Source: Nemertoderma westbladi
Taxonomy: Eukaryota > Animalia > Xenacoelomorpha
Direction of reading: 5' to 3'
NCBI GenBank assembly: GCA_032718475.1
Contig: JAUCBJ010007236.1
Span: 1 to 64,000 of the forward strand
DNA length: 64,000 nt
Part shown: positions 37,101-52,100 of the stretch, piece by piece
How positions within the stretch are numbered: the stretch's first letter is position 1
Layout: each line of letters opens with the position of its first letter
Position numbers and translations under genes: made by a program
Notes under the pieces: generated by a model
The model's database searches: none
Told to the model about the DNA's origin: nothing
Seen by the model: the letters and a program-made list of their open reading frames with translations, nothing else

Positions 37101-40100
37101 TCCCTACCTCGGTATTTATTCTCCTCTCCGGGTTCCCTACCTCGGTATTTATTCTCCACCCTGGTTCCCTCCTACCTCGGTATTTATTCTCCACCCTGGT
37201 TCCCTACCTCGGTATTTATTCTCCACTCCTGGTTCCCTATCTCGGTATTTATTCTCCACTCTGGTTCCCTACCTCGGTATTTATTCTCCACTCCTGGTTC
37301 CCTACCTCGGTATTTATTCTCCACCCTGGTTCCCTACCTCGGTATTTATTCTCCACTCTGGTTCCCTACCTCGGTATTTATTCTCCTACGTGGTTCCCTA
37401 CCTCGGTATTTATTCTCCACCCTGGTTCCCTACCTCGGTATTTATTCTCCACCCTGGTTCCCTACCTCGGTATTTATTCTCCACCCTGGTTCCCTACCTC
37501 GGTATTTATTCTCCACTCTGGTTCCCTACCTCGGTATTTATTCTCCTCTCCTGGTTCCCTACCTCGGTATTTATTCTCCACCCTGGTTCCCTACCTCGGT
37601 ATTTATTCTCCACTCCTGGTTCCCTACCTCGGTATTTATTCTCCACTCCTGGTTCCCTACCTCGGTATTTATTCTCCACTCCTGGTTCCCTACCTCGGTA
37701 TTTATTCTCCACTCTGGTTCCCTACCTCGGTATTTATTCTCCTACGTGGTTCCCTCCTACCTCGGTATTTATTCTCCACTCTGGTTCCCTACCTCGGTAT
37801 TTATTCTCCACCCTGGTTCCCTCCTACCTCGGTATTTATTCTCCACTTCTGGTTCCCTACCTCGGTATTTATTCTCCACTCTGGTTCCCTACCTCGGTAT
37901 TTATTCTCCTACGTGGTTCCCTACCTCGGTATTTATTCTCCTACGTGGTTCCCTACCTCGGTATTTATTCTCCACTCCTGGTTCCCTACCTCGGTATTTA
38001 TTCTCCACCCTGGTTCCCTACCTCGGTATTTATTCTCCACTCCTGGTTCCCTACCTCGGTATTTATTCTCCACCCTGGTTCCCTACCTCGGTATTTATTC
38101 TCCACCCTGGTTCCCTCCTACCTCGGTATTTATTCTCCACTCCTGGTTCCCTCCTACCTCGGTATTTATTCTCCACCCTGGTTCCCTACCTCGGTATTTA
38201 TTCTCCACTCTGGTTCCCTACCTCGGTATTTATTCTCCTACGTGGTTCCCTACCTCGGTATTTATTCTCCACTCTGGTTCCCTACCTCGGTATTTATTCT
38301 CCACTCCTGGTTCCCTCCTACCTCGGTATTTATTCTCCACTCCTGGTTCCCTACCTCGGTATTTATTCTCCACCCTGGTTCCCTCCTACCTCGGTATTTA
38401 TTCTCCACTCCTGGTTCCCTCCTACCTCGGTATTTATTCTCCACCCTGGTTCCCTACCTCGGTATTTATTCTCCACTCTGGTTCCCTACCTCGGTATTTA
38501 TTCTCCTACGTGGTTCCCTACCTCGGTATTTATTCTCCACTCTGGTTCCCTACCTCGGTATTTATTCTCCTACGTGGTTCCCTACCTCGGTATTTATTCT
38601 CCACTCCTGGTTCCCTCCTACCTCGGTATTTATTCTCCACTCTGGTTCCCTACCTCGGTATTTATTCTCCACTCTGGTTCCCTACCTCGGTATTTATTCT
38701 CCACTCTGGTTCCCTACCTCGGTATTTATTCTCCACTCTGGTTCCCTCCTACCTCGGTATTTATTCTCCACTCCTGGTTCCCTACCTCGGTATTTATTCT
38801 CCACCCTGGTTCCCTACCTCGGTATTTATTCTCCACTCCTGGTTCCCTACCTCGGTATTTATTATCCACCCTGGTTCCCTACCTCGGTATTTATTCTCCA
38901 CTCCTGGTTCCCTCCTACCTCGGTATTTATTCTCCACTCCTGGTTCCCTACCTCGGTATTTATTCTCCACCCTGGTTCCCTACCTCGGTATTTATTCTCC
39001 ACTCCTGGTTCCCTACCTCGGTATTTATTATCCACCCTGGTTCCCTACCTCGGTATTTATTCTCCACTCCTGGTTCCCTCCTACCTCGGTATTTATTCTC
39101 CACTCTGGTTCCCTACCTCGGTATTTATTATCCACCCTGGTTCCCTACCTCGGTATTTATTCTCCACTCCTGGTTCCCTCCTACCTCGGTATTTATTCTC
39201 CACTCTGGTTCCCTACCTCGGTATTTATTCTCCACTCTGGTTCCCTACCTCGGTATTTATTCTCCACTCTGGTTCCCTCCTACCTCGGTATTTATTCTCC
39301 ACTCCTGGTTCCCTACCTCGGTATTTATTCTCCACCCTGGTTCCCTACCTCGGTATTTATTCTCCACTCCTGGTTCCCTCCTACCTCGGTATTTATTCTC
39401 CACCCTGGTTCCCTACCTCGGTATTTATTCTCCACTCCTGGTTCCCTCCTACCTCGGTATTTATTCTCCACTCTGGTTCCCTACCTCGGTATTTATTCTC
39501 CACTCTGGTTCCCTACCTCGGTATTTATTCTCCACTCTGGTTCCCTACCTCGGTATTTATTCTCCACTCCTGGTTCCCTCCTACCTCGGTATTTATTCTC
39601 CACTCCTGGTTCCCTACCTCGGTATTTATTCTCCTACGTGGTTCCCTACCTCGGTATTTATTCTCCACTCTGGTTCCCTACCTCGGTATTTATTCTCCAC
39701 TCCTGGTTCCCTCCTACCTCGGTATTTATTCTCCACTCCTGGTTCCCTACCTCGGTATTTATTCTCCACCCTGGTTCCCTACCTCGGTATTTATTCTCCA
39801 CTCCTGGTTCCCTACCTCGGTATTTATTATCCACCCTGGTTCCCTACCTCGGTATTTATTCTCCACCCTGGTTCCCTGCCTCGGTATTTATTCTCCACCC
39901 TGGTTCCCTACCTCGGTATTTATTCTCCACTCCTGGTTCCCTACCTCGGTATTTATTCTCCACTCTGGTTCCCTACCTCGGTATTTATTCTCCACTCCTG
40001 GTTCCCTACCTCGGTATTTATTCTCCACCCTGGTTCCCTACCTCGGTATTTATTCTCCACCCTGGTTCCCTACCTCGGTATTTATTCTCCACTCCTGGTT

Positions 40101-43100
40101 CCCTACCTCGGTATTTATTCTCCACTCCTGGTTCCCTACCTCGGTATTTATTCTCCACTCCTGGTTCCCTACCTCGGTATTTATTCTCCACTCCTGGTTC
40201 CCTACCTCGGTATTTATTCTCCTACGTGGTTCCCTACCTCGGTATTTATTCTCCACCCTGGTTCCCTACCTCGGTATTTATTCTCCACTCCTGGTTCCCT
40301 ACCTCGGTATTTATTCTCCTACGTGGTTCCCTACCTCGGTATTTATTCTCCACCCTGGTTCCCTACCTCGGTATTTATTCTCCACCCTGGTTCCCTACCT
40401 CGGTATTTATTCTCCACTCCTGGTTCCCTACCTCGGTATTTATTCTCCACCCTGGTTCCCTACCTCGGTATTTATTCTCCACCCTGGTTCCCTACCTCGG
40501 TATTTATTCTCCACTCCTGGTTCCCTACCTCGGTATTTATTCTCCACTCTGGTTCCCTACCTCGGTATTTATTCTCCTACGTGGTTCCCTACCTCGGTAT
40601 TTATTCTCCACCCTGGTTCCCTACCTCGGTATTTATTCTCCACCCTGGTTCCCTACCTCGGTATTTATTCTCCACTCCTGGTTCCCTACCTCGGTATTTA
40701 TTCTCCACTCCTGGTTCCCTACCTCGGTATTTATTCTCCACTCTGGTTCCCTACCTCGGTATTTATTCTCCACTCTGGTTCCCTACCTCGGTATTTATTC
40801 TCCTACGTGGTTCCCTACCTCGGTATTTATTCTCCACCCTGGTTCCCTACCTCGGTATTTATTCTCCACTCTGGTTCCCTACCTCGGTATTTATTCTCCA
40901 CTCCTGGTTCCCTACCTCGGTATTTATTCTCCACTCTGGTTCCCTACCTCGGTATTTATTCTCCACTCCTGGTTCCCTACCTCGGTATTTATTCTCCACC
41001 CTGGTTCCCTACCTCGGTATTTATTCTCCACTCCTGGTTCCCTACCTCGGTATTTATTCTCCACTCCTGGTTCCCTACCTCGGTATTTATTCTCCACTCT
41101 GGTTCCCTACCTCGGTATTTATTCTCCTACCGTGGTTCCCTACCTCGGTATTTATTCTCCACTCTGGTTCCCTACCTCGGTATTTATTCTCCACTCCTGG
41201 TTCCCTACCTCGGTATTTATTCTCCACCCTGGTTCCCTACCTCGGTATTTATTCTCCACTCCTGGTTCCCTACCTCGGTATTTATTCTCCACTCCTGGTT
41301 CCCTACCTCGGTATTTATTCTCCACTCCTGGTTCCCTACCTCGGTATTTATTCTCCACTCCTGGTTCCCTACCTCGGTATTTATTCTCCACCCTGGTTCC
41401 CTACCTCGGTATTTATTCTCCACTCCTGGTTCCCTACCTCGGTATTTATTCTCCACTCTGGTTCCCTACCTCGGTATTTATTCTCCACTCTGGTTCCCTA
41501 CCTCGGTATTTATTCTCCACTCCTGGTTCCTCCTACCTCGGTATTTATTCTCCACCCTGGTTCCCTACCTCGGTATTTATTCTCCACCCTGGTTCCCTAC
41601 CTCGGTATTTATTCTCCTACCTGGTTCCCTACCTCGGTATTTATTCTCCACCCTGGTTCCCTACCTCGGTATTTATTCTCCACTCTGGTTCCCTACCTCG
41701 GTATTTATTCTCCACTCCTGGTTCCCTACCTCGGTATTTATTCTCCACCCTGGTTCCCTACCTCGGTATTTATTCTCCACCCTGGTTCCCTACCTCGGTA
41801 TTTATTCTCCACTCTGGTTCCCTACCTCGGTATTTATTCTCCTACCTGGTTCCCTACCTCGGTATTTATTCTCCACTCTGGTTCCCTACCTCGGTATTTA
41901 TTCTCCACTCCTGGTTCCCTACCTCGGTATTTATTCTCCACCCTGGTTCCCTACCTCGGTATTTATTCTCCACCCTGGTTCCCTACCTCGGTATTTATTC
42001 TCCACTCCTGGTTCCCTACCTCGGTATTTATTCTCCACCCTGGTTCCCTACCTCGGTATTTATTCTCCACCCTGGTTCCCTACCTCGGTATTTATTCTCC
42101 ACTCCTGGTTCCCTACCTCGGTATTTATTCTCCACTCTGGTTCCCTACCTCGGTATTTATTCTCCACTCCTGGTTCCCTACCTCGGTATTTATTCTCCAC
42201 CCTGGTTCCCTACCTCGGTATTTATTCTCCACTCCTGGTTCCCTACCTCGGTATTTATTCTCCACCCTGGTTCCCTACCTCGGTATTTATTCTCCACCCT
42301 GGTTCCCTACCTCGGTATTTATTCTCCACCCTGGTTCCCTACCTCGGTATTTATTCTCCACTCCTGGTTCCCTACCTCGGTATTTATTCTCCACCCTGGT
42401 TCCCTACCTCGGTATTTATTCTCCACTCCTGGTTCCCTACCTCGGTATTTATTCTCCACCCTGGTTCCCTACCTCGGTATTTATTCTCCACCCTGGTTCC
42501 CTACCTCGGTATTTATTCTCCACCCTGGTTCCCTACCTCGGTATTTATTCTCCACCCTGGTTCCCTACCTCGGTATTTATTCTCCACTCTGGTTCCCTAC
42601 CTCGGTATTTATTCTCCACTCCTGGTTCCCTACCTCGGTATTTATTCTCCACCCTGGTTCCCTACCTCGGTATTTATTCTCCACTCCTGGTTCCCTACCT
42701 CGGTATTTATTCTCCACTCCTGGTTCCCTACCTCGGTATTTATTCTCCACTCCTGGTTCCCTACCTCGGTATTTATTCTCCACCCTGGTTCCCTACCTCG
42801 GTATTTATTCTCCACCCTGGTTCCCTACCTCGGTATTTATTCTCCACTCTGGTTCCCTACCTCGGTATTTATTCTCCTACCTGGTTCCCTACCTCGGTAT
42901 TTATTCTCCACCCTGGTTCCCTACCTCGGTATTTATTCTCCACTCCTGGTTCCCTACCTCGGTATTTATTCTCCACTCCTGGTTCCCTACCTCGGTATTT
43001 ATTCTCCACTCCTGGTTCCCTACCTCGGTATTTATTCTCCACTCTGGTTCCCTACCTCGGTATTTATTCTCCACCCTGGTTCCCTACCTCGGTATTTATT

Positions 43101-46100
43101 CTCCACTCCTGGTTCCCTACCTCGGTATTTATTCTCCACCCTGGTTCCCTACCTCGGTATTTATTCTCCACTCCTGGTTCCCTACCTCGGTATTTATTCT
43201 CCACTCTGGTTCCCTACCTCGGTATTTATTCTCCTACCTGGTTCCCTACCTCGGTATTTATTCTCCACCCTGGTTCCCTACCTCGGTATTTATTCTCCAC
43301 CCTGGTTCCCTACCTCGGTATTTATTCTCCACCCTGGTTCCCTACCTCGGTATTTATTCTCCACCCTGGTTCCCTACCTCGGTATTTATTCTCCACCCTG
43401 GTTCCCTACCTCGGTATTTATTCTCCACCCTGGTTCCCTACCTCGGTATTTATTCTCCACCCTGGTTCCCTACCTCGGTATTTATTCTCCACTCCTGGTT
43501 CCCTACCTCGGTATTTATTCTCCTACGTGGTTCCCTACCTCGGTATTTATTCTCCACCCTGGTTCCCTACCTCGGTATTTATTCTCCACTCTGGTTCCCT
43601 ACCTCGGTATTTATTCCCCACCCTGGTTCCCTACCTCGGTATTTATTCTCCACCCTGGTTCCCTACCTCGGTATTTATTCTCCACTCCTGGTTCCCTACC
43701 TCGGTATTTATTCTCCACCCTGGTTCCCTACCTCGGTATTTATTCTCCACCCTGGTTCCCTACCTCGGTATTTATTCTCCACTCCTGGTTCCCTACCTCG
43801 GTATTTATTCTCCACCCTGGTTCCCTACCTCGGTATTTATTCTCCACCCTGGTTCCCTACCTCGGTATTTATTCTCCACCTGGTTCCCTACCTCGGTATT
43901 TATTCTCCACCTGGTTCCCTACCTCGGTATTTATTCTCCACCCTGGTTCCCTACCTCGGTATTTATTCTCCACTCTGGTTCCCTACCTCGGTATTTATTC
44001 TCCACTCTGGTTCCCTACCTCGGTATTTATTCTCCACCCTGGTTCCCTACCTCGGTATTTATTCTCCACTCCTGGTTCCCTACCTCGGTATTTATTCTCC
44101 ACTCCTGGTTCCCTACCTCGGTATTTATTCTCCACCCTGGTTCCCTACCTCGGTATTTATTCTCCACTCTGGTTCCCTACCTCGGTATTTATTCTCCACC
44201 CTGGTTCCCTACCTCGGTATTTATTCTCCACTCCTGGTTCCCTACCTCGGTATTTATTCTCCACTCCTGGTTCCCTACCTCGGTATTTATTCTCCACCCT
44301 GGTTCCCTACCTCGGTATTTATTCTCCACTCCTGGTTCCCTACCTCGGTATTTATTCTCCACCCTGGTTCCCTACCTCGGTATTTATTCTCCACCCTGGT
44401 TCCCTACCTCGGTATTTATTCTCCTACCTGGTTCCCTACCTCGGTATTTATTCTCCACGCTGGTTCCCTACCTCGGTATTTATTCTCCACCCTGGTTCCC
44501 TACCTCGGTATTTATTCTCCACTCCTGGTTCCCTACCTCGGTATTTATTCTCCACTCTGGTTCCCTACCTCGGTATTTATTCTCCACCCTGGTTCCCTAC
44601 CTCGGTATTTATTCTCCACTCCTGGTTCCCTACCTCGGTATTTATTCTCCACTCCTGGTTCCCTACCTCGGTATTTATTCTCCACCCTGGTTCCCTACCT
44701 CGGTATTTATTCTCCACTCTGGTTCCCTACCTCGGTATTTATTCTCCACCCTGGTTCCCTACCTCGGTATTTATTCTCCACTCCTGGTTCCCTACCTCGG
44801 TATTTATTCTCCACTCCTGGTTCCCTACCTCGGTATTTATTCTCCACCCTGGTTCCCTACCTCGGTATTTATTCTCCACCCTGGTTCCCTACCTCGGTAT
44901 TTATTCTCCACTCTGGTTCCCTACCTCGGTATTTATTCTCCACTCTGGTTCCCTACCTCGGTATTTATTCTCCACCCTGGTTCCCTACCTCGGTATTTAT
45001 TCTCCACTCCTGGTTCCCTACCTCGGTATTTATTCTCCACTCTGGTTCCCTACCTCGGTATTTATTCTCCACCCTGGTTCCCTACCTCGGTATTTATTCT
45101 CCACTCCTGGTTCCCTACCTCGGTATTTATTCTCCACCCTGGTTCCCTACCTCGGTATTTATTCTCCACCCTGGTTCCCTACCTCGGTATTTATTCTCCT
45201 ACGCTGGTTCCCTACCTCGGTATTTATTCTCCTACGTGGTTCCCTACCTCGGTATTTATTCTCCACCCTGGTTCCCTACCTCGGTATTTATTCTCCACTC
45301 TGGTTCCCTACCTCGGTATTTATTCTCCACTCTGGTTCCCTACCTCGGTATTTATTCTCCACCCTGGTTCCCTACCTCGGTATTTATTCTCCACTCCTGG
45401 TTCCCTACCTCGGTATTTATTCTCCACTCCTGGTTCCCTACCTCGGTATTTATTCTCCACTCCTGGTTCCCTACCTCGGTATTTATTCTCCACCCTGGTT
45501 CCCTACCTCGGTATTTATTCTCCACCCTGGTTCCCTACCTCGGTATTTATTCTCCTACGTGGTTCCCTACCTCGGTATTTATTCTCCTTCGTGGTTCCCT
45601 ACCTCGGTATTTATTCTCCACTCCTGGTTCCCTACCTCGGTATTTATTCTCCACCCTCGTTCCCTACCTCGGTATTTATTCTCCTACGTGGTTCCCTACC
45701 TCGGTATTTATTCTCCTACGTGGTTCCCTACCTCGGTATTTATTCTCCACTCTGGTTCCCTACCTCGGTATTTATTCTCCACTCCTGGTTCCCTACCTCG
45801 GTATTTATTCTCCACCCTGGTTCCCTACCTCGGTATTTATTCTCCACTCCTGGTTCCCTACCTCGGTATTTATTCTCCACCTTGGTTCCCTACCTCGGTA
45901 TTTATTCTCCTACGTGGTTCCCTACCTCGGTATTTATTCTCCACCCTGGTTCCCTACCTCGGTATTTATCCTCCACCCTGGTTCCCTACCTCGGTATTTA
46001 TTCTCCACCCTGGTTCCCTACCTCGGTATTTATTCTCCTACCTGGTTCCCTACCTCGGTATTTATTCTCCACCCTGGTTCCCTACCTCGGTATTCATTCT

Positions 46101-49100
46101 CCACCCTGGTTCCCTGCCTCGGTATTTATTCTCCACTCCTGGTTCCCTCCTACCTCGGTATTTATTCTCCACCCTGGTTCCCTACCTCGGTATTTATTCT
46201 CCACCCTGGTTCCCTCCTACCTCGGTATTTATTCTCCACTCCTGGTTCCCTCCTACCTCGGTATTTATTCTCCACCCTGGTTCCCTACCTCGGTATTTAT
46301 TCTCCACTCTGGTTCCCTACCTCGGTATTTATTCTCCTACGTGGTTCCCTACCTCGGTATTTATTCTCCACTCTGGTTCCCTCCTACCTCGGTATTTATT
46401 CTCCACCCTGGTTCCCTACCTCGGTATTTATTCTCCACTCCTGGTTCCCTACCTCGGTATTTATTATCCACCCTGGTTCCCTACCTCGGTATTTATTCTC
46501 CACCCTGGTTCCCTGCCTCGGTATTTATTCTCCACCCTGGTTCCCTACCTCGGTATTTATTCTCCACTCCTGGTTCCCTACCTCGGTATTTATTCTCCAC
46601 TCTGGTTCCCTACCTCGGTATTTATTCTCCACTCCTGGTTCCCTACCTCGGTATTTATTCTCCACCCTGGTTCCCTACCTCGGTATTTATTCTCCACCCT
46701 GGTTCCCTACCTCGGTATTTATTCTCCACTCCTGGTTCCCTACCTCGGTATTTATTCTCCACTCCTGGTTCCCTACCTCGGTATTTATTCTCCACTCCTG
46801 GTTCCCTACCTCGGTATTTATTCTCCACTCCTGGTTCCCTACCTCGGTATTTATTCTCCTACGTGGTTCCCTACCTCGGTATTTATTCTCCACCCTGGTT
46901 CCCTACCTCGGTATTTATTCTCCACTCCTGGTTCCCTACCTCGGTATTTATTCTCCACTCCTGGTTCCCTACCTCGGTATTTATTCTCCACTCCTGGTTC
47001 CCTACCTCGGTATTTATTCTCCACTCCTGGTTCCCTACCTCGGTATTTATTCTCCACTCTGGTTCCCTACCACGGTATTTATTCTCCACTCCTGGTTCCC
47101 TACCACGGTATTTATTCTCCACTCCTGGTTCCCTACCTCGGTATTTATTCTCCTACGTGGTTCCCTACCTCGGTATTTATTCTCCACCCTGGTTCCCTAC
47201 CTCGGTATTTATTCTCCACTCTGGTTCCCTACCACGGTATTTATTCTCCACTCCTGGTTCCCTACCTCGGTATTTATTCTCCTACGTGGTTCCCTACCTC
47301 GGTATTTATTCTCCACCCTGGTTCCCTACCTCGGTATTTATCCTCCACTCCTGGTTCCCTACCTCGGTATTTATTCTCCACCCTGGTTCCCTACCTCGGT
47401 ATTTATTCTCCTACGTGGTTCCCTACCTCGGTATTTATTCTCCACCCTGGTTCCCTACCTCGGTATTTATTCTCCACCCTGGTTCCCTACCTCGGTATTT
47501 ATTCTCCACTCCTGGTTCCCTACCTCGGTATTTATTCTCCTACGTGGTTCCCTACCTCGGTATTTATTCTCCACCCTGGTTCCCTACCTCGGTATTTATT
47601 CTCCACCCTGGTTCCCTACCTCGGTATTTATTCTCCACTCCTGGTTCCCTACCTCGGTATTTATTCTCCTACGTGGTTCCCTACCTCGGTATTTATTCTC
47701 CACCCTGGTTCCCTACCTCGGTATTTATTCTCCTACGTGGTTCCCTACCTCGGTATTTATTCTCCACCCTGGTTCCCTACCTCGGTATTTATTCTCCACT
47801 CCTGGTTCCCTACCTCGGTATTTATTCTCCACCCTGGTTCCCTACCTCGGTATTTATTCTCCACCCTGGTTCCCTACCTCGGCATTTATTCTCCTACGTG
47901 GTTCCCTACCTCGGTATTTATTCTCCACCCTGGTTCCCTACCTCGGTATTTATTCTCCACCCTGGTTCCCTACCTCGGTATTTATTCTCCACCCTGGTTC
48001 CCTACCTCGGTATTTATTCTCCACTCCTGGTTCCCTACCTCGGTATTTATTCTCCTACGTGGTTCCCTACCTCGGTATTTATTCTCCACCCTGGTTCCCT
48101 ACCTCGGTATTTATTCTCCACCCTGGTTCCCTACCTCGGTATTTATTCTCCACTCCTGGTTCCCTACCTCGGTATTTATTCTCCACTCCTGGTTCCCTAC
48201 CTCGGTATTTATTCTCCACTCCTGGTTCCCTACCTCGGTATTTATTCTCCTACGTGGTTCCCTACCTCGGTATTTATTCTCCACCCTGGTTCCCTACCTC
48301 GGTATTTATTCTCCACCCTGGTTCCCTACCTCGGTATTTATTCTCCACTCCTGGTTCCCTACCTCGGTATTTATTCTCCTACGTGGTTCCCTACCTCGGT
48401 ATTTATTCTCCACCCTGGTTCCCTACCTCGGTATTTATTCTCCTACGTGGTTCCCTACCTCGGTATTTATTCTCCACCCTGGTTCCCTACCTCGGTATTT
48501 ATTCTCCACCCTGGTTCCCTACCTCGGTATTTATTCTCCACCCTGGTTCCCTACCTCGGAATTTATCCTCCACTCCTGGTTCCCTACCTCGGTATTTATT
48601 CTCCACTCCTGGTTCCCTACCTCGGTATTTATTCTCCACCCTGGTTCCCTACCTCGGTATTTATTCTCCACCCTGGTTCCCTACCTCGGTATTTATTCTC
48701 CACTCCTGGTTCCCTACCTCGGTATTTATTCTCCTACGTGGTTCCCTACCTCGGTATTTATTCTCCACCCTGGTTCCCTACCTCGGTATTTATTCTCCAC
48801 TCCTGGTTCCCTACCTCGGTATTTATTCTCCTACGTGGTTCCCTACCTCGGTATTTATTCTCCACTCTGGTTCCCTACCTCGGTATTTATTCTCCACTCT
48901 GGTTCCCTACCTCGGTATTTATTCTCCACTCTGGTTCCCTACCTCGGTATTTATTCTCCACCCTGGTTCCCTACCTCGGTATTTATTCTCCACCCTGGTT
49001 CCCTACCTCGGTATTTATTCTCCTACGTGGTTCCCTACCTCGGTATTTATTCTCCACCCTGGTTCCCTACCTCGGTATTTATTCTCCACCCTGGTTCCCT

Positions 49101-52100
49101 ACCTCGGTATTTATTCTCCACCCTGGTTCCCTACCTCGGTATTAATTCTCCACTCATGGTTCCCTACCTCGGTATTTATTCTCCACCCTGGTTCCCTACC
49201 TCGGTATTTATTCTCCACCCTGGTTCCCTACCTCGGAATTTATCCTCCACTCCTGGTTCCCTACCTCGGTATTTATTCTCCACTCCTGGTTCCCTACCTC
49301 GGTATTTATTCTCCACCCTGGTTCCCTACCTCGGTATTTATTCTCCACCCTGGTTCCCTACCTCGGTATTTATTCTCCACTCCTGGTTCCCTACCTCGGT
49401 ATTTATTCTCCTACGTGGTTCCCTACCTCGGTATTTATTCTCCACCCTGGTTCCCTACCTCGGTATCTATTCTCCACCCTGGTTCCCTACCTCGGTATTT
49501 ATTCTCCTACGTGGTTCCCTACCTCGGTATTTATTCTCCACTCTGGTTCCCTACCTCGGTATTTATTCTCCACTCTGGTTCCCTACCTCGGTATTTATTC
49601 TCCACTCTGGTTCCCTACCTCGGTATTTATTCTCCACCCTGGTTCCCTACCTCGGTATTTATTCTCCACCCTGGTTCCCTACCTCGGTATTTATTCTCCT
49701 ACGTGGTTCCCTACCTCGGTATTTATTCTCCACCCTGGTTCCCTACCTCGGTATTTATTCTCCACCCTGGTTCCCTACCTCGGTATTTATTCTCCACCCT
49801 GGTTCCCTACCTCGGTATTTATTCTCCACTCATGGTTCCCTACCTCGGTATTTATTCTCCACCCTGGCTCCCTACCTCGGTATTTATTCTCCACCCTGGT
49901 TCCCTACCTCGGAATTTATCCTCCACTCCTGGTTCCCTACCTCGGTATTTATTCTCCACTCCTGGTTCCCTACCTCGGTATTTATTCTCCACCCTGGTTC
50001 CCTACCTCGGTATTTATTCTCCACCCTGGTTCCCTACCTCGGTATTTATTCTCCACTCCTGGTTCCCTACCTCGGTATTTATTCTCCTACGTGGTTCCCT
50101 ACCTCGGTATTTATTCTCCACCCTGGTTCCCTACCTCGGTATTTATTCTCCACCCTGGTTCCCTACCTCGGTATTTATTCTCCTACGTGGTTCCCTACCT
50201 CGGTATTTATTCTCCACCCTGGTTCCCTACCTCGGTATTTATTCCCCACCCTGGTTCCCTACCTCGGTATTTATTCTCCACCCTGGTTCCCTACCTCGGT
50301 ATTTATTCTCCACTCCTGGTTCCCTACCTCGGTATTTATTCTCCTACGTGGTTCCCTACCTCGGTATTTATTCTCCACTCCTGGTTCCCTACCTCGGTAT
50401 TTATTCTCCACTCCTGGTTCCCTACCTCGGTATTTATTCTCCTACGTGGTTCCCTACCTCGGTATTTATTCTCCACTCCTGGTTCCCTACCTCGGTATTT
50501 ATTCTCCACTCCTGGTTCCCTACCTCGGTATTTATTCTCCACTCCTGGTTCCCTACCTCGTTATTTATTCTCCTACGTGGTTCCCTACCTCGGTATTTAT
50601 TCTCCACTCTGGTTCCCTACCTCGGTATTTATTCTCCACCCTGGTTCCCTACCTCGGTATTTATTCTCCACCCTGGTTCCCTACCTCGGTATTTATTCTC
50701 CACCCTGGTTCCCTACCTCGGTATTTATTCTCCACCCTGGTTCCCTACCTCGGTATTTATTCTCCACTCCTGGTTCCCTACCTCGGTATTTATTCTCCTA
50801 CGTGGTTCCCTACCTCGGTATTTATTCTCCACCCTGGTTCCCTACCTCGGTATTTATTCTCCACTCCTGGTTCCCTACCTCGGTATTTATTCTCCTACGT
50901 GGTTCCCTACCTCGGTATTTATTCTCCACCCTGGTTCCCTCCTACCTCGGTATTTATTCTCCACCCTGGTTCCCTCCTACCTCGGTATTTATTCTCCACC
51001 CTGGTTCCCTACCTCGGTATTTATTCTCCACTCCTGGTTCCCTACCTCGGTATTTATTCTCCTACGTGGTTCCCTACCTCGGTATTTATTCTCCACCCTG
51101 GTTCCCTACCTCGGTATTTATTCTCCACCCTGGTTCCCTACCTCGGTATTTATTCTCCACCCTGGTTCCCTACCTCGGTATTTATTCTCCTACGTGGTTC
51201 CCTACCTCGGTATTTATTCTCCACCCTGGTTCCCTACCTCGGTATTTATTCTCCACCCTGGTTCCCTCCTACCTCGGTATTTATTCTCCACCCTGGTTCC
51301 CTCCTACCTCGGTATTTATTCTCCACCCTGGTTCCCTACCTCGGTATTTATTCTCCACACCTGGTTCCCTACCTCGGTATTTATTCTCCACCCTGGTTCC
51401 CTACCTCGGTATTTATTATCCACCCTGGTTCCCTACCTCGGTATTTATTCTCCACTCCTGGTTCCCTACCTCGGTATTTATTCTCCACCCTGGTTCCCTA
51501 CCTCGGTATTTATACTCCACCCTGGTTCCCTATCTCGGTATTTATTCTCCACCCTGGTTCCCTCCTACCTCGGTATTTATTCTCCACTCTGGTTCCCTAC
51601 CTCGGTATTTATTCTCCTACGTGGTTCCCTACCTCGGTATTTATTCTCCACTCTGGTTCCCTACCTCGGTATTTATTCTCCTACGTGGTTCCCTACCTCG
51701 GTATTTATTCTCCACTCTGGTTCCCTACCTCGGTATTTATTCTCCACTCTGGTTCCCTACCTCGGTATTTATTCTCCTACGTGGTTCCCTACCTCGGTAT
51801 TTATTCTCCACTCTGGTTCCCTACCTCGGTATTTATTCTCCACTCCTGGTTCCCTACCTCGGTATTTATTCTCCACTCCTGGTTCCCTACCTCGGTATTT
51901 ATTCTCCACTCCTGGTTCCCTACCTCGGTATTTATTCTCCTACGTGGTTCCCTACCTCGGTATTTATTCTCCTACGTGGTTCCCTACCTCGGTATTTATT
52001 CTCCACTCCTGGTTCCCTACCTCGGTATTTATTCTCCACTCCTGGTTCCCTACCTCGGTATTTATTCTCCTACGTGGTTCCCTACCTCGGTATTTATTCT

